A stretch of 52,710 nt of DNA from an uncultured Sphaerochaeta sp. (GTDB taxonomy: Bacteria; Spirochaetota; Spirochaetia; Sphaerochaetales; Sphaerochaetaceae), in NCBI GenBank assembly GCA_964588005.1, contig CAZPOJ010000001.1:1-52710 (forward strand), written 5' to 3'. The notes below the pieces were generated by a model that ran no database searches, was not told the origin of the DNA, and saw only the letters and a program-made list of their open reading frames with translations. Shown piece by piece: positions 1 through 10,310 of this stretch; within the stretch, counting starts at the first letter, position 1, and each line of letters opens with the position of its first letter. The position numbers were made by a program, and so were the translations under genes.

Positions 1-1
1 T

Positions 2-46
2 GATGAAGTGGAGTTTTCACCCGCCATCGACGATGCAAGCCTATAA
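2..46 (+). CDS. Possible 3' end of an upstream gene (partial, DEVEFSPAIDDASL*)
   Basis: Open frame from the window edge to TAA at 44-46, just before the leuS promoter. Too short to identify. Confidence 0.3.
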   Translation, partial: DEVEFSPAIDDASL

Positions 47-63
47 ATGGTGAGCGTTTGGCG

Positions 64-92
64 TTGACCTAACATTGCAGCAAATGTATTAT
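64..92 (+). promoter_or_regulatory. Sigma70-type promoter of leuS (leaderless geometry)
   Basis: TTGACC (64-69), 17 nt, TATTAT (87-92), 7 nt, ATG at 100. No SD. Confidence 0.7.
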
Positions 93-99
93 TGCTCCT

Positions 100-2616
100 A
101 TGAGCAAATACCCCTTCAAAGAGATAGAAACCAAGTGGCAACAGTTCTGGGAAGAGAACCAGACCTTTGCCGTTACAGAAGACGAGTCCTTTCCCCCCGA
201 AAAACGCAAGTATGTGTTGGACATGTTCCCTTATCCTTCGGGATCAGGCCTCCATGTAGGGCATCCTGAAGGGTACACCGCCACAGATATCTATTGTCGG
301 TACCTCAGGATGAACGGCTACAACGTCCTGCACCCCATGGGCTTTGACTCCTTTGGGCTTCCTGCAGAGAACTATGCCATCAAGACAGGAAAACACCCCA
401 AGGGCACCACTGAGAAGAACATCGCCAACTTCCGCTCTCAGATCAAGAGCCTGGGCTTCTGCTATGACTGGAACCGTGAAGTCTCGACGCACAGCAGCGA
501 GTACTACCGCTGGACCCAGTGGATCTTCATACAGCTGTTCAACAAGGGCCTCGCCTACGAGTCGCACACCCCCATCAACTGGTGTGAAGACTGCCTTACT
601 GGCCTTGCCAACGAAGAGGTCAAGGACGGCAGATGCGAAAGATGCGGCACTGCCGTGGTGCGTAGGAGCATCCGTCAGTGGGTGCTCAAGATCACCGAGT
701 ATGCGGACAAGCTGCTTGCAGACCTGGACAGCCTGGACTGGCCCGAATCAGTAAAGCACATGCAACGCAACTGGATCGGTCGCAGTGAAGGGGCCAGTGT
801 ATCCTTTAAGATAGAGAACAGTGACGAACACCTGGAGGTCTATACCACCCGGGCCGATACCCTCTTTGGGGCAACATACATGGTGGTCTCCCCCGAACAC
901 CCCCTGCTTGACCATCTCACCATTGCGAGCAAGAAGGCTGAGATAGAGGCCTACGTCGATGCATCAGCCCACAAAAGTGATCTGGAGAGGACCGACCTTG
1001 CAAAGGACAAGACAGGAGTCTTTACCGGCAGCTATGCCATAAACCCTGTCAACAACAAGAGAATTCCCGTCTGGGTCGCAGACTACGTGCTTATCAGCTA
1101 CGGCACAGGTGCTATCATGGCAGTACCCGCCCACGACACCCGTGACTGGGAGTTTGCCAAGAAGTTCGACCTTCCCATCGTGGAAGTGCTGAAAAGTGAA
1201 GTTGATGTACAACAGCAGGCTTGGACCGAAGACGGCCTGCACGTAAACAGCGACTTCCTCGATGGCCTGGACAAAGAGAGTGCCATCGAGAAGATGCTCA
1301 CCTGGCTCGAAGAGCACAAACTAGGGGAAAAAGCCACCAACTACAAGCTTCGTGACTGGGTATTCAGCCGACAGCGCTACTGGGGCGAGCCCATTCCCTT
1401 GGTGCACTGCCCCACTTGCGGCACGGTGCCCCTAAAGGAAGAGCAGCTTCCCCTCCTCCTGCCAGAGGTGAAATCCTACGAACCAAGCGGCACGGGAGAG
1501 AGCCCTCTTGCCAAGATAGACGAGTGGGTGAACACCACCTGCCCCGTCTGTGGAGAAGCTGCCAAAAGGGAGACCAACACCATGCCCCAGTGGGCAGGAT
1601 CATGCTGGTACTACCTGCGCTATCTGGATCCCCACAACACAGAACGCTTTGTCTCCGAGGAGAAGGAGCAGTACTGGATGCCCGTCGACCTCTATGTAGG
1701 GGGAGCTGAACACGCTGTACTGCACCTGCTCTATGCACGATTCTGGCACCAGGTGCTCTATGACCTGGGCTTTGTATCCACAAAGGAGCCCTTCAAAAGG
1801 CTGGTGAACCAGGGGATGATAACCTCCTTTGCCTTCCAGAGAAAGGATAAAAGCCTTGTTTCCACCGATATGGTGGAGGAGACTGCACCCGACCAATTCA
1901 TCGAAAAAGAGACGGGAGAAAGCCTTGAGCGTGTTGTTGCCAAAATGTCCAAGAGCCTGAAGAACGTCATCAATCCCGATGACATCATCAGCGAGTTTGG
2001 TGCAGACTCCATGCGCATGTACGAGATGTTCATGGGACCCCTGGAGGTATCAAAACCTTGGGTTACGACAGGCCTCAGTGGGGTGTACCGCTTCATCGAC
2101 CGTGTCTGGCGTCTGCAGGAGGAGAGGACCATCACCGATGATGCTCCAACAGAAGCTATTCTCAAGCTCCTGCACAAGACCATCAAGAAGGTGACCGAAG
2201 ATACCGATTCACTTAACTTCAATACAGCAATAAGTCAGATGATGGTCCTGGTCAACGAACTCTACAAGACAGAGGGCCTCTCAAGGGTCGTCTGGGAGAC
2301 CTTGATAAAGCTGCTCAGTCCCTATGTGCCACATATTGCAGAGGAGCTCTGGGAGAGAGCCGGCCATGAGCCATCTTTGGCAAATGTAAGCTGGCCCACC
2401 TATGACGAGAGTCTCACCATAGACAGTGAAGTTCTGATTATCCTGCAGGTAAACGGCAAGATCCGTTCCAAGAGCCTCCAGGAGAAAGGCATGAGCAAGG
2501 AAGCTCTGCTTGCGCTGGCTAAGGGAGATGAGAAGATACAGACCTGGCTAGAAGGAAAGACCATTATCAAGGAGATCGTGGTTCCCGACAAGTTGGTCAA
2601 CCTGGTAGTCAAGTAA
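100..2616 (+). CDS. leuS: Leucyl-tRNA synthetase
   Basis: 838 aa with MFPYPSG-LHVGH (HIGH), editing domain [26 protein letters not shown] and KMSKS motifs. Confidence 0.98.
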   Translation: MSKYPFKEIETKWQQFWEENQTFAVTEDESFPPEKRKYVLDMFPYPSGSGLHVGHPEGYTATDIYCRYLRMNGYNVLHPMGFDSFGLPAENYAIKTGKHPKGTTEKNIANFRSQIKSLGFCYDWNREVSTHSSEYYRWTQWIFIQLFNKGLAYESHTPINWCEDCLTGLANEEVKDGRCERCGTAVVRRSIRQWVLKITEYADKLLADLDSLDWPESVKHMQRNWIGRSEGASVSFKIENSDEHLEVYTTRADTLFGATYMVVSPEHPLLDHLTIASKKAEIEAYVDASAHKSDLERTDLAKDKTGVFTGSYAINPVNNKRIPVWVADYVLISYGTGAIMAVPAHDTRDWEFAKKFDLPIVEVLKSEVDVQQQAWTEDGLHVNSDFLDGLDKESAIEKMLTWLEEHKLGEKATNYKLRDWVFSRQRYWGEPIPLVHCPTCGTVPLKEEQLPLLLPEVKSYEPSGTGESPLAKIDEWVNTTCPVCGEAAKRETNTMPQWAGSCWYYLRYLDPHNTERFVSEEKEQYWMPVDLYVGGAEHAVLHLLYARFWHQVLYDLGFVSTKEPFKRLVNQGMITSFAFQRKDKSLVSTDMVEETAPDQFIEKETGESLERVVAKMSKSLKNVINPDDIISEFGADSMRMYEMFMGPLEVSKPWVTTGLSGVYRFIDRVWRLQEERTITDDAPTEAILKLLHKTIKKVTEDTDSLNFNTAISQMMVLVNELYKTEGLSRVVWETLIKLLSPYVPHIAEELWERAGHEPSLANVSWPTYDESLTIDSEVLIILQVNGKIRSKSLQEKGMSKEALLALAKGDEKIQTWLEGKTIIKEIVVPDKLVNLVVK

Positions 2617-2672
2617 GAAACACACCCTTTGATGAGAGAGTAAGTGTACGAGACAGAATAAGTCGTATGGGG

Positions 2673-2700
2673 AAGAGGAGGCGAGGGCCTCCTCTTTCTT
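2673..2700 (+). terminator. Intrinsic terminator after leuS
   Basis: AAGAGGAGGC-gagg-GCCTCCTCTT 10-bp stem followed by a short T-rich run, between convergent genes. Confidence 0.65.
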
Positions 2701-2780
2701 GTATAGTCACTTCTCGTATGCTTGAAAGGCTTGCCCTATAGCGGACCAGGACCAGTTATCATTTTTTCTGCATCAAAGTT

Positions 2781-3242
2781 CTATATCTCCAGCATAAGAT
2801 GCAAAAAGACCTGACTGCTATAAGACGAGCGAGCTCCTTGCAGAGCCCTGGACAGCTGGGCAGAAATCCATGTAAGGGGGATGGTCATAGGGATGGAGGG
2901 ATTGCACGTGTAGGAGAGGACATCAGGGAGAGCCTCCCTTAGATTATCGCAGTACAGGGTATAGGGAACCGCTTCAAATCCATTGGAGAGAGGGGTATGG
3001 GTGATTTGCAGATACCCCTCGCCATTATGTTTGGCTGTTACAGCTATGGAACAAAGGGGTATGGTCAAAGAGGTGGGAGAGAGCTGGGATCGCTCCTCAA
3101 CCCTGTCAGCCAAGAAAATCTTTACCTCAGTCTGGGGGGTCTCCAACACTATAGCAGGATAGAGCTGTCCAAAGGCACAAAAACAAAGTACTAGGAGGAT
3201 CAGTACTTTATTTCGCTTGTTACCCTGCTCAATTCTATACAT
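2781..3242 (-). CDS. Hypothetical exported protein
   Basis: Likely start MYRIEQ at 3242 (AAGGGA upstream). Basic then hydrophobic N-terminus (KRNKVLILLVLCFCAFG) and a beta-rich body ending SYSSQVFLHLMLEI. Confidence 0.55.
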   Translation of the reverse strand: MYRIEQGNKRNKVLILLVLCFCAFGQLYPAIVLETPQTEVKIFLADRVEERSQLSPTSLTIPLCSIAVTAKHNGEGYLQITHTPLSNGFEAVPYTLYCDNLREALPDVLSYTCNPSIPMTIPLTWISAQLSRALQGARSSYSSQVFLHLMLEI

Positions 3243-3334
3243 TCGACTATCCCTTATGTCACATCTATACGTGGATATAGTAGCACACAATCTTTCTCCG
3301 GGAAAAGAAGAAGTGACCAAAGAGAAGTGCGCTG

Positions 3335-4543
3335 TCAGGCCAGCACCTTTGCTAGCCCACCTTTCGAGGTCTCTCTATAGAGGGAAGGGAGGGCCTGGCC
3401 GGTCTCCATCATAACCTCCACAACACTATCAAAGGAGACCTTGTGTCTGCCATCACCAAGCAGGGCAAAGGTGCAATGGTCGATAGAGCGCATTGCCCCT
3501 AGGGCATTGCGTTCTATGCAGGGAATCTGCACAAGGCCACGCATAGGGTCGCACGTAAGGCCCAAATGATGTTCCAGACCCATCTCAGCAGCATACTCGA
3601 TCTGGTGGATGGTTCCCCCAAGCAGTTGGGTAGCAGCCCCACTGGCCATTGCACAGGCAACGCCAACTTCACCTTGGCAGCCCACTTCAGCTCCACTGAT
3701 CGAGCCGTTGGTCTTGACCAGGTTACCAATTAGGCCAGCTGTAAGCAGGGCACGCAGAATCTTCACCTTAGAAATCTTATAGTGCTTGAAAAAGTAGTAG
3801 AGGACACCGGGAAGCACCCCACAGCTGCCGCAGGTAGGGGCAGTAACAATCTTTCCTCCCCCTGCGTTTTCCTCCGAGACGGCAAGGGCGTAGCTGATGG
3901 CTATCGCTGTATTGCCCAGAGGACCGGAGAACTCGCCCGCCTTGGAGTTGTACTGGCTTGCCTTTCTTGCAAGCTTGAGACCTCCGGGAAGGACTCCCTC
4001 TGCATTGATGCCAGCCTCTACAGCTTCGCACATTACAGTCCAGACCTCATTGATATAGTCCAGGATCTCACTGCCTTCACACTGCAGGACAAGCTCCCAG
4101 AGCTGTAGGCCCTCTTGTGAGCAGTAGGCGAGAATCTTGGCCATGGTCCCAAAATCCTTGGGATAGACGCTCTTCGTCTCATCCTGGGCTTCACCCTCAA
4201 TAACCACCCGCCCACCACCTACACTGTAGTAGGTCTGTTCAACGATAATCGTCTCTTGTGAGTCAAAACCCATAAGAGTGAGGGCGTTGGGGTGAAAAGG
4301 CTTCTCCTCATCCGGATACCAGAAGATCTCCACCTGTTTATTGTTGAGGCCAAAGACCTCACGGATTGCCTTGTCGGTGAGGTGACCCTTTCCTGTTGCT
4401 GCAAGGCTGCCGAATAGGCTTGCCTCATACCGCTGGGCCATGGGACAGAGCCCTAGGAAGTGCTCTGTAGCATAACGCGGTCCCATGGTGTGGCTACTTG
4501 AGGGGCCATACCCTATTCTATACAGTTCTCTCAGTGATTCCAT
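3335..4543 (-). CDS. sdaA: L-serine ammonia-lyase, Fe-S dependent, single chain
   Basis: GYGPSSSHTMGP, VTAPTCGSCGVLP, ISGAEVGCQGEVG and EHHLGLTCDP..GLVQIPCIERN motifs. Confidence 0.95.
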   Translation of the reverse strand: MESLRELYRIGYGPSSSHTMGPRYATEHFLGLCPMAQRYEASLFGSLAATGKGHLTDKAIREVFGLNNKQVEIFWYPDEEKPFHPNALTLMGFDSQETIIVEQTYYSVGGGRVVIEGEAQDETKSVYPKDFGTMAKILAYCSQEGLQLWELVLQCEGSEILDYINEVWTVMCEAVEAGINAEGVLPGGLKLARKASQYNSKAGEFSGPLGNTAIAISYALAVSEENAGGGKIVTAPTCGSCGVLPGVLYYFFKHYKISKVKILRALLTAGLIGNLVKTNGSISGAEVGCQGEVGVACAMASGAATQLLGGTIHQIEYAAEMGLEHHLGLTCDPMRGLVQIPCIERNALGAMRSIDHCTFALLGDGRHKVSFDSVVEVMMETGQALPSLYRETSKGGLAKVLA

Positions 4544-4588
4544 GCCTTAGACTCTACATTTTTACCCAACAAAAAGAAAGATAGCCTA

Positions 4589-5371
4589 CTACCACAAGGG
4601 TCCCTTTTGAAGAGAGACAAAAGAGACCTGCTGCTGGCAATCGACAAATATCCTGAGCAACAGGGCATCCTCTTTGTTCCAAAAACAGTGAAGGCCTTCG
4701 CCGAGAAGGAGGGAGATACCCTCACCTCCCCAATAGAGCCAGAAAGCGGGGTCGAGGGCCCTTTCCCCTACCCAATACCCTTGGGGGATGGTGGTTATCA
4801 CCACAGTCAGAGGTTCGTACACCCGAAAGGAAGAGGAGGAGAGCTCTCCATTAACCAGATCCTTTTGCAGACGATTGCCATCGAGAAGGGTGAAATCCTC
4901 ACTTTTGGAGCGAGCCTCCTGCAAGAGAAGCGGGTAGGCCAAAGATCCCAAGGCAGCAGAGTTGAGCCTGACGCTCTCCTGCAGCAGACGACAGAGCACC
5001 CCCTCCTGTTCAGTAAGGTGCACAACCTCTCCCCCAAAGGGAGTCACAGCTCCCCCTGCAGGGGAGAAGACCCCCAAGGGGTAGGCACAAAAGAGTACCG
5101 TCTCCCCCCGCCTTACCCATAGGGTTGTCCGCTTCACCCCCGGCTTCAGGTGTTGTTGCTTCAATTGCCCCCCCTCGGTCCAGACGAGGGTGTACCAGAA
5201 ACTCTGGTTATGCATCTCCTCCCAGCGGTGTTTTAGGGGAAGAACCACCTCCACAGACCGCATCATAAGAGGCTCTCCTGTGCAACTGACAAGGAGAAAA
5301 AGGAGCGAGAGGAGTGTCCAGCAGGGTATTGGGATTCTACGCTTGTTCACACATACTAAGAGGCAGGGCAT
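4589..5371 (-). CDS. Hypothetical lipoprotein
   Basis: KRR then hydrophobic LLSLLFLL and lipobox-like LVSC. Exact start uncertain. Confidence 0.65.
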   Translation of the reverse strand: MPCLLVCVNKRRIPIPCWTLLSLLFLLVSCTGEPLMMRSVEVVLPLKHRWEEMHNQSFWYTLVWTEGGQLKQQHLKPGVKRTTLWVRRGETVLFCAYPLGVFSPAGGAVTPFGGEVVHLTEQEGVLCRLLQESVRLNSAALGSLAYPLLLQEARSKSEDFTLLDGNRLQKDLVNGELSSSSFRVYEPLTVVITTIPQGYWVGERALDPAFWLYWGGEGISLLLGEGLHCFWNKEDALLLRIFVDCQQQVSFVSLQKGPLW

Positions 5372-5396
5372 CCCTCATCGCTTCAGGAGCTCTCAC

Positions 5397-6914
5397 CTAA
5401 CGCTTTAGCAGACGCTGTAGGATGGCAAGGGCCTCCTTGAACAGGGGCAAGCGGTGGAAAAAGAGAAGATAGACCAGGTTGGGTGTGATGATGACAGCCA
5501 TGAGCGATACAGCAAACCGGAAAAAGGTAGAAGATAGGGTAATCAGTGAAAGCATACCCGCCGTTGCAAACCCTGCGACAAGGGTAACCGCTGTGTAGCG
5601 TGCATACTGAGCAAAATACGCACCCAAGCTCTTGTCAAAACCAAAGCGGAAGACCACGTACGGCTCAATCCAAAAACTGGTTAGCAGGACGCTTACCGCA
5701 GACCCGAGCAGAACCCCCAGGACACCGAACCGCTTTGCAAGCACGATTGAGAGCACCAGGTTGATCACTGCCTGCAGCAGAGCCTTGTACCGGTCAGCCC
5801 AGAACAGTCCCAAGGAGTTCTTGAAAGCAAGCACAGGCCTTCTCATGCCCGAGATGTAGTAGTTGAGGACCATCATAAAGACAATGCTCTTGGGAAACAG
5901 GTATGCCCTACCCAGCCATAAGGAGATGAAGGGATTGCACAAGAAGTAGAGACAGAGGGCGGTAAAGCCATATACCCAGGCAGAGATGAAGGCAAGCTCA
6001 TCAAAGAGGCCCTTGCTCCCCTCCCTCCCCCTCTCTGCAGAGAGGTTACCGATGCTCGCAGAGATGGAAGAGAAAAGAAGACCGACAACTCCTCCGACCG
6101 AGTTTTGCAGCAGGGTATAGTTGGCATAGAGGCCAGCACTTACCAAGCTTACAAACCTGACCAGGATGATAGAGTCCGTTCCATTGACCAAGACTCCCCC
6201 CACATTATGAAATGAGAGGGCAATGATATTCCTCTTGATCTTCTCCTTCTCATCTCTGGAAAGGGAGGCATCAGTACGCTCTTTCAAATAGGGGTAGAGT
6301 GCGTTCACCCTGAGTGTTATGGCCAGGTTCTCACCGAGGGTAGTAAGGAGCATCACGACAAGAAAAAGGATATAGTCACCCGTCACAACCAGAACCAGGA
6401 TCTGAAAGGCATGCTTGAGTATCTGGAAACCGTACATGTAGAAGGAGTTGATATATGCTTTCTGGTCCGCGATGATAATTACTCGCTTATACCCCAGGAA
6501 GTAGCTGCTCGCTGAGTTGATGACAAACAGCAGATAGATCACCCTCAGGTGGGCGATGGGGGGCACCTCATGCATGAGCAAGGGGAGAAAGGGGGTAAAG
6601 GCGAACCCGAGCAACAGCGTTACTGCCCCGATCAGGCGATACGCTCTCTGGTAAAGCTGCATCAGGACCTGAATCTTCTCCCGCTCCCCGAAGGCCAGGG
6701 GTTTGTAGAGGCTGTAGCTGATGGCCGCTCCAAAGCCAAGTTCAGCCAAGGAAAGCAAGGTAAGGACATTGGAGAACAAACCAGAAAGACCCAAGTACTC
6801 CACAGAAAGAAATACTACAAACACCTTACGGGCTATAAAGCCACTGAGGTAACTGAGGATGAGCCCAAGTGATCCTACCTTCATGTTCCGCACTGAATTA
6901 TCAAGTCTTGACAA
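5397..6914 (-). CDS. Oligosaccharide flippase (Wzx/MOP superfamily)
   Basis: 505 aa polytopic membrane protein. LSLAELGFGAAISYSLYKPLA is typical of polysaccharide-export flippases. TTG start with GAGGT SD. Confidence 0.85.
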   Translation of the reverse strand: MSRLDNSVRNMKVGSLGLILSYLSGFIARKVFVVFLSVEYLGLSGLFSNVLTLLSLAELGFGAAISYSLYKPLAFGEREKIQVLMQLYQRAYRLIGAVTLLLGFAFTPFLPLLMHEVPPIAHLRVIYLLFVINSASSYFLGYKRVIIIADQKAYINSFYMYGFQILKHAFQILVLVVTGDYILFLVVMLLTTLGENLAITLRVNALYPYLKERTDASLSRDEKEKIKRNIIALSFHNVGGVLVNGTDSIILVRFVSLVSAGLYANYTLLQNSVGGVVGLLFSSISASIGNLSAERGREGSKGLFDELAFISAWVYGFTALCLYFLCNPFISLWLGRAYLFPKSIVFMMVLNYYISGMRRPVLAFKNSLGLFWADRYKALLQAVINLVLSIVLAKRFGVLGVLLGSAVSVLLTSFWIEPYVVFRFGFDKSLGAYFAQYARYTAVTLVAGFATAGMLSLITLSSTFFRFAVSLMAVIITPNLVYLLFFHRLPLFKEALAILQRLLKR

Positions 6915-7000
6915 AGCAACCTCGTCTGAGCTCTAGAGCTTGGGATAAACTCTGCACGCTCTTGTTCAATAGTACCACACAAGGGGGTAAAGAACAGCAG

Positions 7001-7035
7001 ACTCTCTGCTTGCCCGCAAAGGACAAACAGAGAGT
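7001..7035. other. Intergenic hairpin (possible terminator of the aroF-DUF4416 transcript)
   Basis: ACTCTCTG (7001-7008) pairs with CAGAGAGT (7028-7035), with an imperfect inner extension. The U-tract is weak. Confidence 0.4.
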
Positions 7036-7122
7036 ATAGCGCTGAGTATCTTGAGAGATAATAATACCTATCGAGGCAATGATAGCCTATAACTGCAATC
7101 CACTTATTTTGTTTGTCTTGGT

Positions 7123-7656
7123 TTACTTAGATAAGGCATTGATAGCATCAATATAGTCACTTCGATACCTCTTGAACAGAAGACGATAAGCTCTACTTCC
7201 ATAGTCGGCATAGGTCCAGGGGAGGGCAAGAAAGCCCCCCTTCTCGTAGAGGAGGGTAACTTCAGCGAAGATCCCCTCTTTGAGGGGGATACGGTGCGGG
7301 CGGTTTTTAGTGGTGGCAAGGATGAGATTGATCATGGAGAGCAGGCCCGGATCGAGATTGATGGTCCGTCCTCCCTCACGGGTGTACTTCTCTTCGATCT
7401 TGTTGGTGAAGAGCTTCGCCTCGGCAAGAAGGGAGGGGTCGTAGAGCCTCTCGAATACCAGAAAGAACCTCTGGGGAGTGCCTCCCATCTCTTTGTTGTA
7501 GTAGTCGGTAAAGGTGAAGGTAACAGGCTCGCTCATCTCCAGGATGGGACCGAACTGCTTTTCTAGTAGGCTAAAAAGCTCGGGATAGGAGTCCTCACTA
7601 GTAGAGAGGACTCCTATCACCAGACGAGTGAGGGGGAAAGCCCGTTGCGCACCCAT
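7123..7656 (-). CDS. DUF4416 family protein
   Basis: FTDYYNKEMG, KLFTNKIE, RTINLDPG, LATTKN..HRIPL..GIFAEVTL and PWTYADY match the DUF4416 pattern. Confidence 0.8.
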   Translation of the reverse strand: MGAQRAFPLTRLVIGVLSTSEDSYPELFSLLEKQFGPILEMSEPVTFTFTDYYNKEMGGTPQRFFLVFERLYDPSLLAEAKLFTNKIEEKYTREGGRTINLDPGLLSMINLILATTKNRPHRIPLKEGIFAEVTLLYEKGGFLALPWTYADYGSRAYRLLFKRYRSDYIDAINALSK

Positions 7657-7659
7657 GAT

Positions 7660-9570
7660 TCAGATACCTGCCGTATAGGTTCCCAGAACCCGCACTGAGG
7701 CACAACATGCCTTAAGCTCTTCCAAGGCGTGCTCAAAGGAGCCTTCCTCTTGCCCAAGTTCAGTCTCGACAAAGAAGGAGTACTCCCAAGGCTTGCCCGG
7801 TATGGGGCGGGACTCCAACTTCTTCATGTTGAGCCCGTGCTTGGTGAGAACCAACAGCGCTTCAAACAGGGAGCCGGGGCGGTCCTGGACGGTGAACCTG
7901 AGCGATGCTCGGTTGACAGCGGAGGTGGAGCGGAAAGCCTGGGCCACCTCCTCCTTGCAGATGATATAGAACCTGGTGTAGTTACGGGGGTTGCTCTCGA
8001 TGCCTTCTGCCAGGATCTCCATCTCGTGGACAGCGGCAGCAGGTGATCCTGCAATGGCTGCCAGGGTCTTGTCGTTGGAAGCCTTTACAAAGCTAACCGC
8101 TCCCGCTGTATCGAAGAAGGGAATAGCCTCGGCATGGGAGAGTTCTCCTCTGAGGTAGTCCACACACTGGGCAAGGCCCTGTGGGTGGGAGTAGACCTTC
8201 TTGATATCCTCCAGCTTGGTTCCGGGAAGGGCTATGAGGTTATGCACTATCCTGATCTGCTGCTCCCCCACCACCTGGATATCAGGATAGCGGTCCAAGA
8301 GGTCCAGCGTATCGAAGATGGTTCCTCCCAAGGTGTTCTCCAAGGGGGTCATGCCGTAGGTGGCCTCTCCTCGCATCAACGCTTCAAAGATATCTCCAAA
8401 CTGCTTACAGGGAAGGGCGACTGCCTCCTCATCAAAGGACCTCCTGATGGCAAGTTCACTGAAGGCTCCCCGTTCGCCTTGGAAGGCAACGGTAAGGGAG
8501 GAAGCTTTTTTCCCCTTTACAACATCTGTCTTTGTTGAGGGAAGGGTGAGGGGAATCCTCTCCAAGGACTTGCCAACCACAGGACAGAGGGCGTGCAGGT
8601 CACGCATCAACGTCTCGAACTGGGAGGGAAAGAGGGATTGCGGGCCATCACTGAAGGCCAGCTCCGGGTGGTTGTGCACCTCGACCATAAGGCCTGAAGA
8701 TCCTGCTGCGACCAGGGCGAGGCTCATCGGACTGACCATGTCCCTGATGCCGGTTGCATGGCTCGGGTCGCCGATGATCGGCAGGTGGGTCATCTTCTGG
8801 ATAACAGGAATGGCGCTGCAGTCCAGGGTATTGCGCGTTGCACGCTCATAGGTGCGGATACCCCGTTCACAGAGCACTATCTGGTCGGTACCGCTAGCCA
8901 TGAGGTATTCTGCTGCCATAAGCCACTCCTCAATGGTGGCACTGAGCCCACGCTTGAGCAGGACAGGCATGCCGGTCTTCCCTACAGCCTTCAACAGCTC
9001 GAAGTTTTGCATGTTGCGCGCCCCGATCTGGAACATATCTATGTAGGTGGCCATCATGTCGACATCGCCAGGATTGACAATCTCGCTGGTGACAGGAAGG
9101 TCGTACGTATCACCTGCTTCCCTGAGGTACTTCAGCCCCTCTTCACCCAAGCCCTGGAAGGCGTAGGGAGAGGTCCTTGGCTTGAAGGCTCCACCGCGTA
9201 AGATTACCGCCCCGGCATCCCGAACAGTGCGGGCGATCTCCATGATCTGGGTACGGCTCTCAACGGCACAAGGACCGGCGATGATGGCAACACGGTTGCC
9301 CCCGATCTTCACCTTGCCTACGGTGACGATGGTATCCTCTCGCTTCAGCTCACGGGATGCGAGCTTGTAGGGCTTGCTGATGGGAATGACCTTCGCCACC
9401 CCTTCAAGCAGCTCAACCTCACGAAGATCGAGGGAACTCTGCCCTACAGCACCAAAGACAGTCTCTTCCTGTCCAACGATTTCCTTGACGGTGTAACCCT
9501 TGCCAACCAAGAAGGCTCTGATGTGCTCTTGCTGCACCTCTGTTATGTTTTTCTTCAGTACGATTATCAT
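7660..9570 (-). CDS. aroF: Fusion of type I-beta DAHP synthase and prephenate dehydratase (with ACT domain)
   Basis: N-half has IAGPCAVES, GGAFKPRTSPY, QIGARNMQN and DPSHATG. C-half has VAFQGERGAFSE, SHPQGLAQC, NYTRF and ACT ESRP motifs. Confidence 0.92.
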   Translation of the reverse strand: MIIVLKKNITEVQQEHIRAFLVGKGYTVKEIVGQEETVFGAVGQSSLDLREVELLEGVAKVIPISKPYKLASRELKREDTIVTVGKVKIGGNRVAIIAGPCAVESRTQIMEIARTVRDAGAVILRGGAFKPRTSPYAFQGLGEEGLKYLREAGDTYDLPVTSEIVNPGDVDMMATYIDMFQIGARNMQNFELLKAVGKTGMPVLLKRGLSATIEEWLMAAEYLMASGTDQIVLCERGIRTYERATRNTLDCSAIPVIQKMTHLPIIGDPSHATGIRDMVSPMSLALVAAGSSGLMVEVHNHPELAFSDGPQSLFPSQFETLMRDLHALCPVVGKSLERIPLTLPSTKTDVVKGKKASSLTVAFQGERGAFSELAIRRSFDEEAVALPCKQFGDIFEALMRGEATYGMTPLENTLGGTIFDTLDLLDRYPDIQVVGEQQIRIVHNLIALPGTKLEDIKKVYSHPQGLAQCVDYLRGELSHAEAIPFFDTAGAVSFVKASNDKTLAAIAGSPAAAVHEMEILAEGIESNPRNYTRFYIICKEEVAQAFRSTSAVNRASLRFTVQDRPGSLFEALLVLTKHGLNMKKLESRPIPGKPWEYSFFVETELGQEEGSFEHALEELKACCASVRVLGTYTAGI

Positions 9571-9576
9571 GCGATC

Positions 9577-9605
9577 ACGCTAGAAGGAATCTTCCAAAAG
9601 GTCAA
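9577..9605 (-). promoter_or_regulatory. Promoter of aroF-pheA (leaderless geometry)
   Basis: Minus strand: TTGACC, 17 nt, TAGCGT, 6 nt, ATG at 9570. No SD. Confidence 0.65.
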
Positions 9606-9647
9606 GTAACCTTGCCTTTTTCCCCCTGCCATGGTAAGCAGACAGCT

Positions 9648-10310
9648 ATGCAAGAAGAGTACTGGGACAACCTATTTGAATCATTTAAGGCGGCTATCAA
9701 GGACGCTGGCAGAACCCTGCCATCGCTGTCCATCATTGCAGGACTGAAGGAGGATCCCTACCGTGTGCTTATCGCCACCATCCTCTCGCTGAGGACCCGC
9801 GACGAGGTGACCCTCGCATCAAGCAACCGCCTGTTTGAACTGGCAGACTCCCCCGAGGCTATACTTAAGCTCTCCTTGGAGGAGATAGAACAAGCTATCT
9901 ACCCGGCAGGGTTCTACAAGACCAAGGCAAAGACCATCCACGCCATCAGTGAAAAGCTGCTCGCCGAGTATGGAGGGAGTGTCCCCTCCACCCAAGAGGA
10001 GCTGATGAAACTACCGGGGGTTGGGATCAAGACAGCCAACCTCACCCTCAACCTGGGCTTCGGCATTGAGGCTATCTGTGTGGATTGTCATGTACATAAG
10101 ATTGCCAACAGAATGGGCTGGATCAGCACAAAAACCCCTGAACAGAGTGAAGTGGAGCTGCAGACTCTGATGCCCAGGAGGTTTTGGATACCGCTCAACG
10201 AGCTGTTGGTGATCTACGGACAGCTGATCTGCACCTCAATCAGTCCCTGGTGCTCAAAGTGCCCGCAGCAACAAACATGCCCAAAGGTGGGAGTAACGAA
10301 GTCACGCTAG
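9648..10310 (+). CDS. nth: Endonuclease III
   Basis: HhH motif LPGVGIKTAN, VDCHV, and a C-terminal CX6CX2CX5C Fe-S cluster loop. ATG at 9648 preferred over TTG 9612. Confidence 0.93.
   Translation: MQEEYWDNLFESFKAAIKDAGRTLPSLSIIAGLKEDPYRVLIATILSLRTRDEVTLASSNRLFELADSPEAILKLSLEEIEQAIYPAGFYKTKAKTIHAISEKLLAEYGGSVPSTQEELMKLPGVGIKTANLTLNLGFGIEAICVDCHVHKIANRMGWISTKTPEQSEVELQTLMPRRFWIPLNELLVIYGQLICTSISPWCSKCPQQQTCPKVGVTKSR

Noticed and set aside
47-99. T-box or attenuator upstream of leuS
   Set aside because: There is no room for one. The promoter abuts the ATG and no T-box motif is present.
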